DNA from: a virus
Strand: one strand, 5' to 3'
Virus record (IMG/VR): IMGVR_UViG_3300042922_001062
Coordinates: 1 to 64,000 of that record
DNA: 64,000 nucleotides
The position numbers were made by a program, and so were the translations under genes. The notes below the pieces were generated by a model, which saw only the letters and a list, made by a program, of their open reading frames with translations, was not told the DNA's origin and made no database searches. Below, one piece after another: positions 1-11,038 of this stretch (within the stretch, counting starts at the first letter, position 1; every line of letters begins with the position of its first letter).

Positions 1-1013
1 AGATCGCCATCATCGCCACCGCCATCATCGCCCTCGCCGCGGCCATGTTCGTCGCCCGCGCGGTGCTGATACCGATCGTCGCGGCGGTGATCATCGGCAG
101 CGTCATCGGCCCCGCCATCGAGGGGCTGGCGAAGCGCGGCGTGCCTATCGCGCTCGGCTCGCTATTGATCGTGGCGGGCCTTATCGCCGGGCTCTACGGC
201 GCGGCCGTGGCGCTGGCGGGGCCGGTCGCCGACTGGATGGGCAGGGCGCCCGAGGTCGGCGCCATTCTCCAGGAGCGCTTCGCCGCGCTCAAGCCGAGCC
301 TGCAGACCGTCATCTCGCTGATCGAATCGATCCAGTCCATCGGCCGCGTCGCCGAGCCCCCCATGGCGGTGGAGATCGCCAATTCGCGCATGCTGGAGAG
401 CATGGTGACGCTGGTGACCCCGGTGATCGGCGAGTTCATCCTGTTCATCGGCTCGCTGCTGTTCTTCCTGGCGGGGCGGGTGCAGATCAAGCGGCGCGTC
501 GTGCAGGTGATGGGGCCGCGCTCGGCGCGGCTGACGGCGCTGCGCGTGTTCCGCGAGATCGAGGACCGCCTCGGCGCCTATCTCGTCACCGCGACCTTCA
601 TCAATATCGGCCTCGGCCTCGCCACCGCGCTGATGACCTGGGCGCTCGGCCTGCCCAACCCGCCGCTCTGGGGCGCGGCGGCCGGCGTGCTGAACTACGT
701 CCCCTATGTCGGCCCGGCGGTGATGACGCTGATCCTGGCGGTCGCCGGCATCGTCACCTTTCCCGGCATCCTCGAGGCGATGCTGCCGGCGGCGTTCTTC
801 CTCATGATCACCAGCATAGAGGGCCAGTTCCTCACCCCGCTGATCATCGGCCGGCGGGTGGCGCTCAATCCCTTCGCCGTGTTCCTGTCCATGGCGTTCT
901 GGACCTGGCTGTGGGGACCGGCGGGCACCTTCCTCTCCGTGCCGCTGCTGATCGCGGTGATGGCGCTGGCCGACGCGCTGCTCGTCAAGCGGCGTCCACA
1001 GCTCCCCGGTTGA
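1..1013 (+). CDS. AI-2E family transporter (host gene, probably 5' truncated by the window)
   Basis: Multi-TM protein with typical AI-2E motifs (LNYVPYVGP, IEGQFLTPLIIGRRVALNP, WLWGPAG); frame is open to the window start; host-like codon use. Confidence 0.85.
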   Translation, partial: IAIIATAIIALAAAMFVARAVLIPIVAAVIIGSVIGPAIEGLAKRGVPIALGSLLIVAGLIAGLYGAAVALAGPVADWMGRAPEVGAILQERFAALKPSLQTVISLIESIQSIGRVAEPPMAVEIANSRMLESMVTLVTPVIGEFILFIGSLLFFLAGRVQIKRRVVQVMGPRSARLTALRVFREIEDRLGAYLVTATFINIGLGLATALMTWALGLPNPPLWGAAAGVLNYVPYVGPAVMTLILAVAGIVTFPGILEAMLPAAFFLMITSIEGQFLTPLIIGRRVALNPFAVFLSMAFWTWLWGPAGTFLSVPLLIAVMALADALLVKRRPQLPG

Positions 1014-1058
1014 GGTCGAGGCTTGGTGAGTATGCCTTGGAAAGCCGGCCGGACATGC

Positions 1059-1087
1059 TTGACACCCGGCGGGGGCTGCCTTAACAC
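1059..1087 (+). promoter_or_regulatory. Probable sigma70 promoter of tRNA-Asp
   Basis: TTGACA at 1059-1064 followed by CCTTAACA, about 40 nt upstream of the tRNA. Confidence 0.5.
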
Positions 1088-1126
1088 CCGCCGCACTCGA
1101 CGCGCGGCCCACTGAGGCCCGTCGTT

Positions 1127-2453
<1,327 letters not shown>

Positions 2454-2460
2454 AGGAGGC

Positions 2461-2733
2461 TCACAGGTTCGCAATGCGCTCACGCGCTACCTCCCTAGCG
2501 TCGCGTGCGCCGGCGGCCGTGGTCAAGCCTGAGCGGCGATCCATCCAGCTATCTATGGCCTTGAGGTCGAACATCCCCGTCGTCGGGTCCGCCGCGGGAA
2601 ACCCACGACGTTGCAGCTCTGGCAGTTTGGCGACGAATTCCGCCGGCGTGAGGTGGAGCCGACGTGCCGCCTTAGCGGGAGGCACGTCGCGCGGCTCAAC
2701 CGGAAACCTGACGGATGGCGCGCGGCCGATCAT
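2461..2733 (-). CDS. Excisionase-like winged-HTH protein
   Basis: 90 aa ORF just upstream of int; AARRLHLT..GFP..DPTTGMFDLKAIDSWMD pattern. Confidence 0.65.
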   Translation of the reverse strand: MIGRAPSVRFPVEPRDVPPAKAARRLHLTPAEFVAKLPELQRRGFPAADPTTGMFDLKAIDSWMDRRSGLTTAAGARDAREVARERIANL

Positions 2734-3215
2734 CGCTGTTCTCCGGCCGCGAGCGGCATCGACTGGTGGTAGGCCGATAATACGATCTTGCCGAGCGCCT
2801 GGACGATCTCCGGTTCGGCCATCCGGGCATCGCGCATGGTCACCGATGCGGCATAGAGCTTCGACGCGACGAACAGCGGATCGATGTTCCGCTGCTCCCA
2901 CCACCATTCTTCACCGAAGCGATGCTGCGCTTCCGAGCTGATGGTGTGGAACCAGGCGCAGAGCGGCACCGCCCATTTGTCGTCAGGCTTGATGCCGATG
3001 CCGGTGACCGGCTTGCCGTACATGGCGCTCGCATAGCGGATATGAGCGGCCTCGCCGGCCGGCATCTTGCCGCTGACCAGGCACGGCAGCTGCCGGATGA
3101 TTTTGAGGTGCTCGGGATCCTCGAGCCGGGTGCGCGGCGGCTTAGGACGGCGTCCGGATTTCGGGCGGGCGGTCTTCAGCTTGGGGCGGATGCCGGAATC
3201 GATGCGGGCAGCCAT
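2730..3215 (-). CDS. DUF968-like phage protein (Zn-binding, HNH-like)
   Basis: HLKIIRQLPCLVSG..AAHIR..KPDDKWAVPLC..H..QH. Confidence 0.65.
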   Translation of the reverse strand: MAARIDSGIRPKLKTARPKSGRRPKPPRTRLEDPEHLKIIRQLPCLVSGKMPAGEAAHIRYASAMYGKPVTGIGIKPDDKWAVPLCAWFHTISSEAQHRFGEEWWWEQRNIDPLFVASKLYAASVTMRDARMAEPEIVQALGKIVLSAYHQSMPLAAGEQR

Positions 3216-3217
3216 GG

Positions 3218-3727
3218 TCACCACCCGACCTTGCCGATCGAATATTCCCGATCGCGCCACCGGTTCGCCCGGGAGAGGGAACTGTTGTCGGGCTTGAAGC
3301 CGTCCGAGGCTGTTGCATACAGCGATCCATCACGACCGCGGTTTGCGACGGCGAGGAGCACATCGCCTATGCAGGGCTGGCCGAGTGCAGGCCAATCCGC
3401 GAGCGTCTTGCCGCGCAGGCTGCGTTCGACCTCCAGCAGAGACGGAGGGGCGGGCAATTGGGCGAGCACCTCCTTGGAGAGGAAACACCACAGCGGTTCG
3501 ACGATGGTCAGGCCCATCAGCCACGCATAATGCAGCCGCGTGACCATAAGCATCCGGCTGCCTCTGGTGTCTGCATCAAGGGAGAGCCGGGCATGGGTGA
3601 GGACATAGGGCTGGTCGATCCAGAACGGTGACCGCCATGGCGTAGCCCGATCGACACGCACGGCTCCGCGCGGCACGAAGGTGCGGCCGTTCACCTTGGT
3701 GAGGCGGACCCGCTGCGGTTCAGGCAT
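3218..3727 (-). CDS. DUF4326-like phage protein
   Basis: VRVDRATPWRSPF and LRGKTLADW..QPCIGDVLL motifs. Confidence 0.55.
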   Translation of the reverse strand: MPEPQRVRLTKVNGRTFVPRGAVRVDRATPWRSPFWIDQPYVLTHARLSLDADTRGSRMLMVTRLHYAWLMGLTIVEPLWCFLSKEVLAQLPAPPSLLEVERSLRGKTLADWPALGQPCIGDVLLAVANRGRDGSLYATASDGFKPDNSSLSRANRWRDREYSIGKVGW

Positions 3728-3864
3728 GGGTGACCTCGCGCAAGGATGCAACGCGCTTGGGACGAGGTCCGAATACTTGTGCGTTGCAAAGGTGGAGACA
3801 GATAATTGTCTGTCCATACCGCGAAACCGTCGAACTTGCACAAGTAGACAGAGGGTCGTTTCGC

Positions 3865-3889
3865 GGAACTATGCAGTGGCAAGACAGTT
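3865..3889 (+). promoter_or_regulatory. EcfG/RpoE2-type general stress promoter
   Basis: GGAAC-N16-AGTT upstream of 3927. Confidence 0.6.
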
Positions 3890-3926
3890 CTTTTTGGGCG
3901 GCATCATCCGCACAGGGAGAACTACA

Positions 3927-4109
3927 ATGGCCAACAATCCGGATCACAAGCAGGGCATGGGCGATCGGGACCAGCACAAGCAGGACCCGAACCAGAAGCC
4001 CGGCCAGGAGAAGCCCGGCCAGCAGCACACCCAGAACCCGGGTGGTCAGAAGCAGCACGGCGAGGAACGCCGTGATCAGAATGAACAGCACAAGGGCGGT
4101 CAGCGCTAA
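3927..4109 (+). CDS. Small hydrophilic stress-type protein (moron)
   Basis: 60 aa Q/G/K-rich; RBS GGGAGA; own promoter and terminator; opposite strand to its neighbours. Confidence 0.7.
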   Translation: MANNPDHKQGMGDRDQHKQDPNQKPGQEKPGQQHTQNPGGQKQHGEERRDQNEQHKGGQR

Positions 4110-4124
4110 GACGTAGCACGACCA

Positions 4125-4167
4125 CCGCCCGCCCGTTCCGGCTGACTGCCGGGGCGGGCGGTTTTTC
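4125..4167 (+). terminator. Rho-independent terminator
   Basis: CCGCCCGCCC...GGGCGGGCGG stem followed by TTTTT. Confidence 0.75.
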
Positions 4168-4198
4168 GTCGCGGCTCTCGTTGGACGGCGTTCGGCTG

Positions 4199-5041
4199 TC
4201 ATTCCGCCGCCTCTGGATCATTGGCCACACCGGCGCCGCGCCGCCGACGAGCCTGATGCTCCAGCTTCGCGACAGCCATGATGATGGGCTTCAGTTCGGC
4301 CGGGGCCTCGTCGTAGTTCCGAGCCGACTTTCCGTTCAGGCGGGGCAGCAACCCGATCGGCACCGCCTCCCAGTTTGAAGGATCGGTGTTCGACCGGTTG
4401 CCATCGAGGCACTTGAGCACGTGGCCCTCAGGAATCGGGCCGTTCTTCCGGCTCCAAAGCCATTTGTGCTTCTGCACGCGCCGCGTCGCTGCGCCGGTGT
4501 AGGGGTTCGTCTCGTCGACGATCAGCCACACATATCCGTGCGCGTCGATCGATTCATGGCCGGCGCCCCTGTAGGTGTGAGAACGCTGGCCCTTCTTGAA
4601 CTGAGTGCGTGCCGAGTTGGCGTTGAAGGGCATTTGCTTGCCCTTGTTCGCCGGCACTGCGCCCCGGCTGAAGCGCCCGTCGCGGCCGGTTTTCCAACCC
4701 TTCCGCTTCCGCAGTGCATGCAACTGCGCGGCCGTGACGTCGCCCCGGCCGAACTCAGCGCAGAACGCCTTATGGAACTCGGCGATCGGCAGCGCTCGGT
4801 TGTCGTGCAACCAACCGATCTCGACGGTGCTGAAGCGCCGGTGGCGCCCTGCGGTGCGTCCGGGAGCCCTTCCGACCTTCCAGCCCTTTCGCTTGCGCAG
4901 ACCATGGAGGTGAGCCGCCGACACGTCCGTGCGCCCGAACCGTTGAATGAACGCCCGGTGATAGTCGCTGATCACCAGCGTGCGGTTCTCTTCCAGCCAC
5001 GCCATCTCCGCGGCACTGTAGGCGATCCTACCGCCCCTCAT
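4199..5041 (-). CDS. HNH endonuclease with two tandem N-terminal HTH-like repeats
   Basis: HKWLW..NGPIPEGHVL..DGNRSN..PSN HNH-like motif; duplicated W....LRKRKGWK.GR segment. Confidence 0.75.
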   Translation of the reverse strand: MRGGRIAYSAAEMAWLEENRTLVISDYHRAFIQRFGRTDVSAAHLHGLRKRKGWKVGRAPGRTAGRHRRFSTVEIGWLHDNRALPIAEFHKAFCAEFGRGDVTAAQLHALRKRKGWKTGRDGRFSRGAVPANKGKQMPFNANSARTQFKKGQRSHTYRGAGHESIDAHGYVWLIVDETNPYTGAATRRVQKHKWLWSRKNGPIPEGHVLKCLDGNRSNTDPSNWEAVPIGLLPRLNGKSARNYDEAPAELKPIIMAVAKLEHQARRRRGAGVANDPEAAE

Positions 5042-5298
5042 TCCGATTGCCCCTTGATCACCGGGGCTGGGATTGCCGGTGCCGGCAGATAGGGGACGGG
5101 ATTGGCGCCGGCATCATAGGCGATCTTCGCCGCCTGGATCTGGAGCGCGGCATTGCGGATGATTTGATCCGCGACGGCCACCATCGCCTCGCCCCGCTTC
5201 GCCTCCGTCTCGATCTGTTCGGCCGTGAGATCCTCGTCAGAGAGGCGCTCAAGCTGCGCGAAGAGGTGATCGTTGAGATCGCTCAAGCGGTTCTTCAT
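5038..5298 (-). CDS. Phage hypothetical protein (MKNRLSDLNDHLFAQLERL type, commonly next to HNH genes)
   Basis: Overlapping start/stop coupling with the HNH gene. Confidence 0.7.
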   Translation of the reverse strand: MKNRLSDLNDHLFAQLERLSDEDLTAEQIETEAKRGEAMVAVADQIIRNAALQIQAAKIAYDAGANPVPYLPAPAIPAPVIKGQSE

Positions 5299-5443
5299 GG
5301 GATTCTGCCTTCCAATGAGGTCCGTCCGGTGTCGCAAAGCAGATCGGCAACGAGGATCTTGCGCGTCATGCCGCGACCCTCTCGACAGCATCTGCGCCCC
5401 GTTCAATTGTGGTCGGCACTGCCTTCCAGCTGGAATCCCCGCC

Positions 5444-5920
5444 GTGGTTTCGACGCGACCCTTGTTCCACTCGGCACCGATCCTTTTGGCGCCCGGCAGC
5501 GTCGTGATGCCCGGGAACTGGGGCCGCCTTTTGCGCGACCGAGCCGATCAGCACCCGCACTGGAACCGAGAGATGGCACTTGAAGAATGGAGATCCGCCC
5601 ACGCGCCAGATAAGCCGAGCAGGCTGTTCGCCTGTTTCGCGTGTGAGTGTCTTGCCGTGGCGGAGTTCTATGTGCAGCACGCTGTAAGAACGGGCAGCCC
5701 GCGCGCAGTGATCTACGAGGCAACGAAGGAAGACGCATCGGCGGGCGAGCACCGCGGCGACTTCAATTGCGTGCAGCCCGTAGCTGGTCTTTCCATGACC
5801 GAGGTCGCTCGGCACTATTGGTCCGGCGCGCAGCCGTTCCGGATCGAGGCGGATGAGCATCTCGATTGTTGGGAGATTGTCACCCCAAGCCCTCTGCGCA
5901 TTCTGCGCCGAGTTGGGTGA
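5444..5920 (+). CDS. DUF2441-like protein (possible ADP-ribosyltransferase fold)
   Basis: EMALEEWR..HAPDKPSRL..CFAC and YW....WEIV motifs; start uncertain. Confidence 0.5.
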   Translation: MVSTRPLFHSAPILLAPGSVVMPGNWGRLLRDRADQHPHWNREMALEEWRSAHAPDKPSRLFACFACECLAVAEFYVQHAVRTGSPRAVIYEATKEDASAGEHRGDFNCVQPVAGLSMTEVARHYWSGAQPFRIEADEHLDCWEIVTPSPLRILRRVG

Positions 5921-6015
5921 GGCGTCGCGGTGCTTGCGGTAAGGCGCGGATGCGTTCGCCTCGCCTCCCGTGAAACGGATGCTTAACCGCGTTTCTCGAA
6001 GAGCTTCACCCTGTC

Positions 6016-6040
6016 GGAACGTGGCCCGGCAGCCCCCGTT
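6016..6040 (+). promoter_or_regulatory. EcfG-type promoter
   Basis: GGAAC-N16-CGTT, exact consensus. Confidence 0.7.
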
Positions 6041-6073
6041 GGTCCGTAGAACTGTCGGAGCATGGGGGAGAAC

Positions 6074-6352
6074 ATGTCGACGACCGTCATTTCCGGCCAC
6101 GGCTGGCTTCGCACAGCTGGTCTCGGGGCCTCTACGGCCTGCTATCACCTGAACCGTACTGCCAGCGGCATCGACGGAGAGGTTTGCGCAGAGATGGCGA
6201 CCATGATCGAAGCTGCGGGGGCTCGGCGCGCGACGCTCGTGCTGGAATCCGGCAGGTCGGTGCGCGTGGATGTGCTGCGCCGCTCCGCCGAGGGGCTCAC
6301 GGTGCATGTTGTCGAGGGCGAGCAAGACGACCTGAGCGGTCCGCTGAGCTGA
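6074..6352 (+). CDS. Small hypothetical protein, paralogue of 19772..20077
   Basis: RBS GGGGGAG; sequence similarity to 19772..20077. Confidence 0.65.
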   Translation: MSTTVISGHGWLRTAGLGASTACYHLNRTASGIDGEVCAEMATMIEAAGARRATLVLESGRSVRVDVLRRSAEGLTVHVVEGEQDDLSGPLS

Positions 6353-6357
6353 TCGCG

Positions 6358-7059
6358 TCATCGCCGATCACTCGCGGGCATTGCGTCGATGTTCTGCTGG
6401 TGGACTGTGAAGGTGTAGGCGGCGATCCACGGGTTCGCGGCCCAGGAGCCGTCGCCGTTAATCCGGTCCCAGAGGTCGGCGTACCAGCCGCGCGCTGATG
6501 CGAACCACACGCCGCCGATGGCCATGGTGACGTAGTCGTCAGCCACGCGACCGCTGCGCGGGGCCACGTAGGCACCCTCCGCCCGCGCGTCGTCCTCGCT
6601 GATGTCATGCAGCCGCTGCACGCGGACGTCCCGCACGACGAGCGTCAGGCGGGATGCCCAGCGGGGCATGTGCATAGAGGCGCGGAGGCGGCCGATCCTA
6701 GAGATGCCCGGATAGCCCCACGTCTGATGTGCTCCGTCAGCCTCGTACCGGATCGGCTCCTCGCCGCCCATTTCGCAGGGCGCCAGATCGTCGTAGTTGG
6801 CAAGGCTCCGCCACGCCTCGCGGACCCAGAGCCGGTCGCCGGGCTGGATGCGATTCCAGTCTCTGGCGCTTTCTGGAAAGCCCTCGTCGACATGAGTGCC
6901 AGCAGCGCCGACGAAACCACCGTTGCGCCCCTCCCAAGACCACGCACCGTTGGGGTGTACGGTCGGCTGCGGCTTGATCGCCCGCCGCGTCTGCGTCTTC
7001 GTGCCGGCGAGCAGAGCGCGTATCATCGGTGGAGAGAAGAGGATGGGGAGGTCAGCCAT
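6358..7059 (-). CDS. ASCH-like phage protein
   Basis: PILFSPPMIRALLAGTKTQTRR, GDRLWVRE, SMHMPRWASR, W..NPW motifs. Confidence 0.75.
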   Translation of the reverse strand: MADLPILFSPPMIRALLAGTKTQTRRAIKPQPTVHPNGAWSWEGRNGGFVGAAGTHVDEGFPESARDWNRIQPGDRLWVREAWRSLANYDDLAPCEMGGEEPIRYEADGAHQTWGYPGISRIGRLRASMHMPRWASRLTLVVRDVRVQRLHDISEDDARAEGAYVAPRSGRVADDYVTMAIGGVWFASARGWYADLWDRINGDGSWAANPWIAAYTFTVHQQNIDAMPASDRR

Positions 7060-7357
7060 GGTATTGCGTCATTGCGGAGAGCGAGAACCGGTCGAGCTGT
7101 TGGAACGCCAGGCCATCAAGTTCGTGATGGTCAATGACCCCACCCGCGCGCGAATTGACTGCCTCGCGAGCTTCGCGGCCTTGCATGACATCGAGGGAGG
7201 TGAGGCTCCCGACAGGGAGGAGCGGATGAGGCGCTTCGAACGCAACCGCTTGGCTTTCGAGACGATCGCCGCATCCAAGTATGACGAGGGGCTTGCCGAG
7301 CCGAACGGTACGGTGATCGTGAAGACAGAGGACGTTCGCCGGCCTGAATTCCGATAG
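7058..7357 (+). CDS. DUF1488-like protein
   Basis: IDCLASFAALHD..FERNR..FE.IA..KY pattern; start uncertain. Confidence 0.45.
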   Translation: MVLRHCGEREPVELLERQAIKFVMVNDPTRARIDCLASFAALHDIEGGEAPDREERMRRFERNRLAFETIAASKYDEGLAEPNGTVIVKTEDVRRPEFR

Positions 7358-7376
7358 GGGATTCACCATCATCCGA

Positions 7377-7826
7377 TCAACCATGCGAGCCTAGCTTGGT
7401 CGCGCGCCGTTCGATCACCGACCAGATCTTCTGGGCGGTGTCGTCATCGGCGCGGATGAAGAACCGGTAGGGATCGAGCCGGAAGGATTCCCACGCGTTC
7501 CGGTCGCTCGCCGCGATGGCTCCGGCTTCGACGAGCTCGTGCATGTCGATGCCAACCATGATCCGAAGGCGGTTGTGGAAGTCGTCGAGCGCGGCGGTGG
7601 TGGCCGTATCGTGCAGGCGCAGGATCTCGACGGAGCGGGCGCGCTGCGGAATCCGACGGACGAAGCCCCGTTCCTCAAGGGCGTCGAGCATGCGAACGAT
7701 GCCCGCCTTGGACTTGAGGTGCATCGCCTCTGCCATCTCGCCGAAGTTCGGGGAGGACCCTCGCTGCTTGACGTAGCCGTCGATGAACTGGAGGAGCTCG
7801 TGCTGGCGCGGGGTGAGCATGCTCAC
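7377..7826 (-). CDS. LexA-type DNA-binding domain protein without protease domain
   Basis: MLTPRQHELLQFI..SPNFGEMAEAMHLKSKAGI.R...ALEERGFVRR.P.RARSVEI matches alphaproteobacterial LexA N-terminus; C-terminus unrelated. Confidence 0.75.
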   Translation of the reverse strand: MSMLTPRQHELLQFIDGYVKQRGSSPNFGEMAEAMHLKSKAGIVRMLDALEERGFVRRIPQRARSVEILRLHDTATTAALDDFHNRLRIMVGIDMHELVEAGAIAASDRNAWESFRLDPYRFFIRADDDTAQKIWSVIERRATKLGSHG

Positions 7827-8247
7827 AGCCCCGCGCCGATGTGCACGCCGGCGACGAGCAGTTCGGCGATCTCGGTCGCTTCCGCATCAGAGAGGCCGTT
7901 ATTGACGTCGACCGTGAAGACGTCGCGACCCTCGGCGTCGAGAACGACGCCGACGTCTTCTTCACTGAGCCGGAGCGGGAGCTTGATGCCCAGGCGATCA
8001 AGCGCGGCGACGAACTCTTCATCGCTGGCAGGATAATCACCCATGGGCGACCTCCATGCCGGCACAGATGGCGTTCACATGCCGGCGGTGGCGCGCCTCG
8101 CGGACGGCGAGGTGCCGAACGTCCGTGATCTCATGTTCGTCGTAGCCCGCCTCCAACAGGAGGATGGCGGTATCGGCCTCGTTCGAGAGGTCGACGGTCG
8201 ATTGGGCGAGCGTGATCGCCATGGCGTCGAGGATCGAGCGTTCCATG

Positions 8248-8802
8248 TCAGACCACCGTCGCCGGGTCAGCGCGCTCGAGCCATTGTTCGCGGCTGTCGC
8301 CGAGCCTCCAGTCCATCTGCTCCTCGGTCTCAGGCCAGAGGTGCATGTCATGGACGAGGCGCTGGTACGCCTCGTTGAACCACGTGCGGATATCGGGATC
8401 GGGGTGCTTGTAGCCGACGATCTCGAAGGAATGCAGAAGGTGAAGCTGGAAATGGTGCGGGATGCCGTCGAGATCCTTCAGGTAGTCGCCGAGGATCGAC
8501 CACATCTTACGAGACCATGTTTCGGGCAGGTCTCGGTACGCGGTCTCGTAGCTCGGCCCCATGAAGCTGCCGCCGCGGCTGTCCCACGGGTTGTCCAGTA
8601 CACAGCCGTCGAGCGATGAAACCAAGATGCAGCGCCGATACCAGCGCAACAGCATCTTGGTGGCGCCGTACTTCGGGATGCCGTCGGGACCGCGCACAGC
8701 GGTCAGCAACACGGTCTGCTGCATGAACGAAATGCCGTGGGTCCACGGCTGCGTCACGGGGCCTTTTTCAGCCATGCGGCACCTGTCCGGGATCATCGCC
8801 AT
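8248..8802 (-). CDS. Conserved phage hypothetical protein
   Basis: QQTVLLTAVRGPDG..PHHFQLHLLH..EIVGYKHP; within the leftward early operon. Confidence 0.6.
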   Translation of the reverse strand: MAMIPDRCRMAEKGPVTQPWTHGISFMQQTVLLTAVRGPDGIPKYGATKMLLRWYRRCILVSSLDGCVLDNPWDSRGGSFMGPSYETAYRDLPETWSRKMWSILGDYLKDLDGIPHHFQLHLLHSFEIVGYKHPDPDIRTWFNEAYQRLVHDMHLWPETEEQMDWRLGDSREQWLERADPATVV

Positions 8803-9333
8803 AAGGTTGGGCGTGCGGGTCGGGGAAATCGTCCTGATCGGCGCACCGAAGGCCGAGGACGAAGGCGAGCACGACGAAGGGGAACATGAGCGTGGCGCCC
8901 ATCGTCAGGGCGTACCAGAACTGCCGGTTCGCGCTGGCCACCTCGGAGGCGAGGGCGATGGTTTCCATCACGCGAGCCTCCCGACGAACGGGGAGCCGAG
9001 AGCGCGCTCGAGATGGATAAGCGCCTCGTCTCGGCGACCGACGTAGATCTCGTGCCGCGCGAGCGCGAGCTCGTCAGCGATGAGACCGTAAGTCGGCGCT
9101 ATGGCGTCTCCCTCTCGGGAGAGGACCCGTTCCGCCTCGGCTTCGGTGATCAGGCGGCGGTCGATCAGCGCTTGCAGCAGCTGATCGGTGTCGAAGTCGT
9201 TGAGGTCGGCTTCGACCTCGACGCGGTTGAATGTGCTGCAGCGTCTCCAGGCCATCAGACCGCTCCCGTCAGAATGCCGGCCCAAAGGCCGACGGCCATG
9301 ACGAAGAGCCCGAGCGCGGCCAAGGCCGCCGCT

Positions 9334-9720
9334 TCATGCGGCAGGGCGTGCAGCATGGTTCTGCTCCTTGCGAGAATTGGGAATGTCGAGTTTGCCAAGC
9401 CTGATGCGGGCATCGCGCGCATGCGCCTCGGTGACCTCGCCGGACGGCCAGCCGTCGAGATCGACGCGAGGCGCGCCGGCGATCAGCGCCTCGAGGTAGG
9501 TGCGGCCGGCCGTGTAGTCGAAGAGGGTGTTGCGCAGGACGACGGATGCCAGTTCGGGCGCGACCAACCGGATGTCGTGATAGATGCCGAGCTTCAGCGG
9601 GAGCTTCTTCTCGCCCTTGGCCATGAAGGCGCGCGGGAAGCGCTCAACCAGCGCCCGGCGCATGGCCGCAATTGCCGAGCGTCGGCTTCGGCGAGCGGCC
9701 CGAGCTTGGACCTCATCCAT
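9334..9720 (-). CDS. ProQ/FinO-domain RNA chaperone
   Basis: ERFPRAF..PLKLGIYHDI..YT...YL..GAPRVDLDG...GEVT. Confidence 0.8.
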   Translation of the reverse strand: MDEVQARAARRSRRSAIAAMRRALVERFPRAFMAKGEKKLPLKLGIYHDIRLVAPELASVVLRNTLFDYTAGRTYLEALIAGAPRVDLDGWPSGEVTEAHARDARIRLGKLDIPNSRKEQNHAARPAA

Positions 9721-9918
9721 GGCGCACCTGCTCGAACGGGAGGGCGCGCATGTCCCGGGACTTCGCCCTGAGAGCACGGATGCGGTCGTCGAGCTCAGCG
9801 ACCCGGTCGACCAACTGCAGCTTCAGCGCCTCCAGTTCGCCGGCAGTGATGTCGAGGACGCGCGCCGCCTGGTACTCGGGCGTCTGCTGCAGTTCGCTCG
9901 GAGTGGAGGAGGGTGCGA

Positions 9919-10167
9919 TCACTGCGGCCTCCCGTTCCGGTAGTAGGCCAGCACGTGGAGACGGACCGCCGACGAGAGATTGCCGTTGGAGCGGCTCGCA
10001 TCGATCTCGGCCACGATGTCCGAAAGGGTCCGCCTCGTTGCCGAGGCGATGTCACGAAGGGCCGACCAGAAGGCGTCTTCCATGGAGATGCTGGTCTTGT
10101 GACCGGCGATGACGATGGAGCGCTTGCGAACGGCCGATGGCGCGGTGACGACAGATGAGGCGATCAC
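9919..10167 (-). CDS. Ribbon-helix-helix (RHH_4) protein
   Basis: KRSIVIAGHKTSISMEDAFW..L..IA..NLSSAVRL. Confidence 0.8.
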   Translation of the reverse strand: MIASSVVTAPSAVRKRSIVIAGHKTSISMEDAFWSALRDIASATRRTLSDIVAEIDASRSNGNLSSAVRLHVLAYYRNGRPQ

Positions 10168-10487
10168 GGCTGGTCTCTCCGCTGAGAGGTTGCTGCACGC
10201 CGGCGCTCGACGTGACGGAAGGCGCCGTCGGCGGACTTGATGGCGCGGCGGATGGACTGGACGAGCTTGGGGCAGTCGGCTTCCTTGGCGTCGTCCAGCG
10301 CGGCGCGCAGGCGGTACTGCGCCGCCCGGACTGCCGACCGATGCTTGGAGGTCGCGGGGCGAAGCCTCGACGCTTCCTTGGTCTCGCTGCTCGACATGTT
10401 CGACGTCCTTGGAGGGAAGGGCGGCCGGATCGACTTGGGTTTTGGGAGGAGCGATCCGGCCGGGCGGTGCTTGGCACCCGCCAGAGT

Positions 10488-10790
10488 TCACGAGGCCTTG
10501 GCAGGCTTGCTGGCGAAGCGAGGCAGGAAGAACCCTGTGAGCTTGCCCGTGCGCCGGTCGATGTGGCGCTCAATGCCGAACACGTCGTGGGCGACGTTAA
10601 AGTCATCGGCAGCAGCCAGACGATCGAAGTCCATCGGGCAGCAGTTGGCGTGCGTGGCGCACAGATCCATTTCGCAGGACAATCTGTCGAACTTGATGCC
10701 GTGCTTGCGGCGAATGCTTCCCGCGCGCTTCACGATCCGCTGGATGTGCGGCAGAGCGTCTTCGGGGACATCGAAACTGACCTGAGCCAT
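10488..10790 (-). CDS. Phage hypothetical protein, first gene after PL
   Basis: MDL.ATHAN...DF..LAAADDFN.AHDVFGI.RH.DR.TGKL..FLPRF. Confidence 0.65.
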   Translation of the reverse strand: MAQVSFDVPEDALPHIQRIVKRAGSIRRKHGIKFDRLSCEMDLCATHANCCPMDFDRLAAADDFNVAHDVFGIERHIDRRTGKLTGFFLPRFASKPAKAS

Positions 10791-10887
10791 CGAGCTAATC
10801 CCATCAGCGGTTGACGTGCCCGGCGGCTAACCGGGGGGCGGTGGCTCAACCGCCGGGCACGCATCAGCAGGAGCGCTGAACGGGATA

Positions 10888-10939
10888 ACTATGAGATTAT
10901 CGCATAATCAGTGTCAAGCGTGTTTGTGAGATAAACTCA
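10888..10939 (-). promoter_or_regulatory. PL-like promoter with two CI operators
   Basis: Minus strand TTGACA-N18-CATAGT; operators TGAGATTATCGCA (10892-10904) and TGAGATAAACTCA (10927-10939). Confidence 0.75.
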
Positions 10940-11005
10940 TAACGTTTCGCATGCGGAAGGGTGCGTCGCGAGACTCGACTCCGGCAGGTATGGTTAGCAA
11001 AATGA

Positions 11006-11020
11006 GAACATAGAGGGAAC
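11006..11020 (+). promoter_or_regulatory. Alphaproteobacterial LexA (SOS) box
   Basis: GAAC-ATAGAGG-GAAC (GAAC-N7-GAAC), 18 nt upstream of ORF 11039. Confidence 0.7.
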
Positions 11021-11038
11021 ACACAGAGGGCCAGCCGC

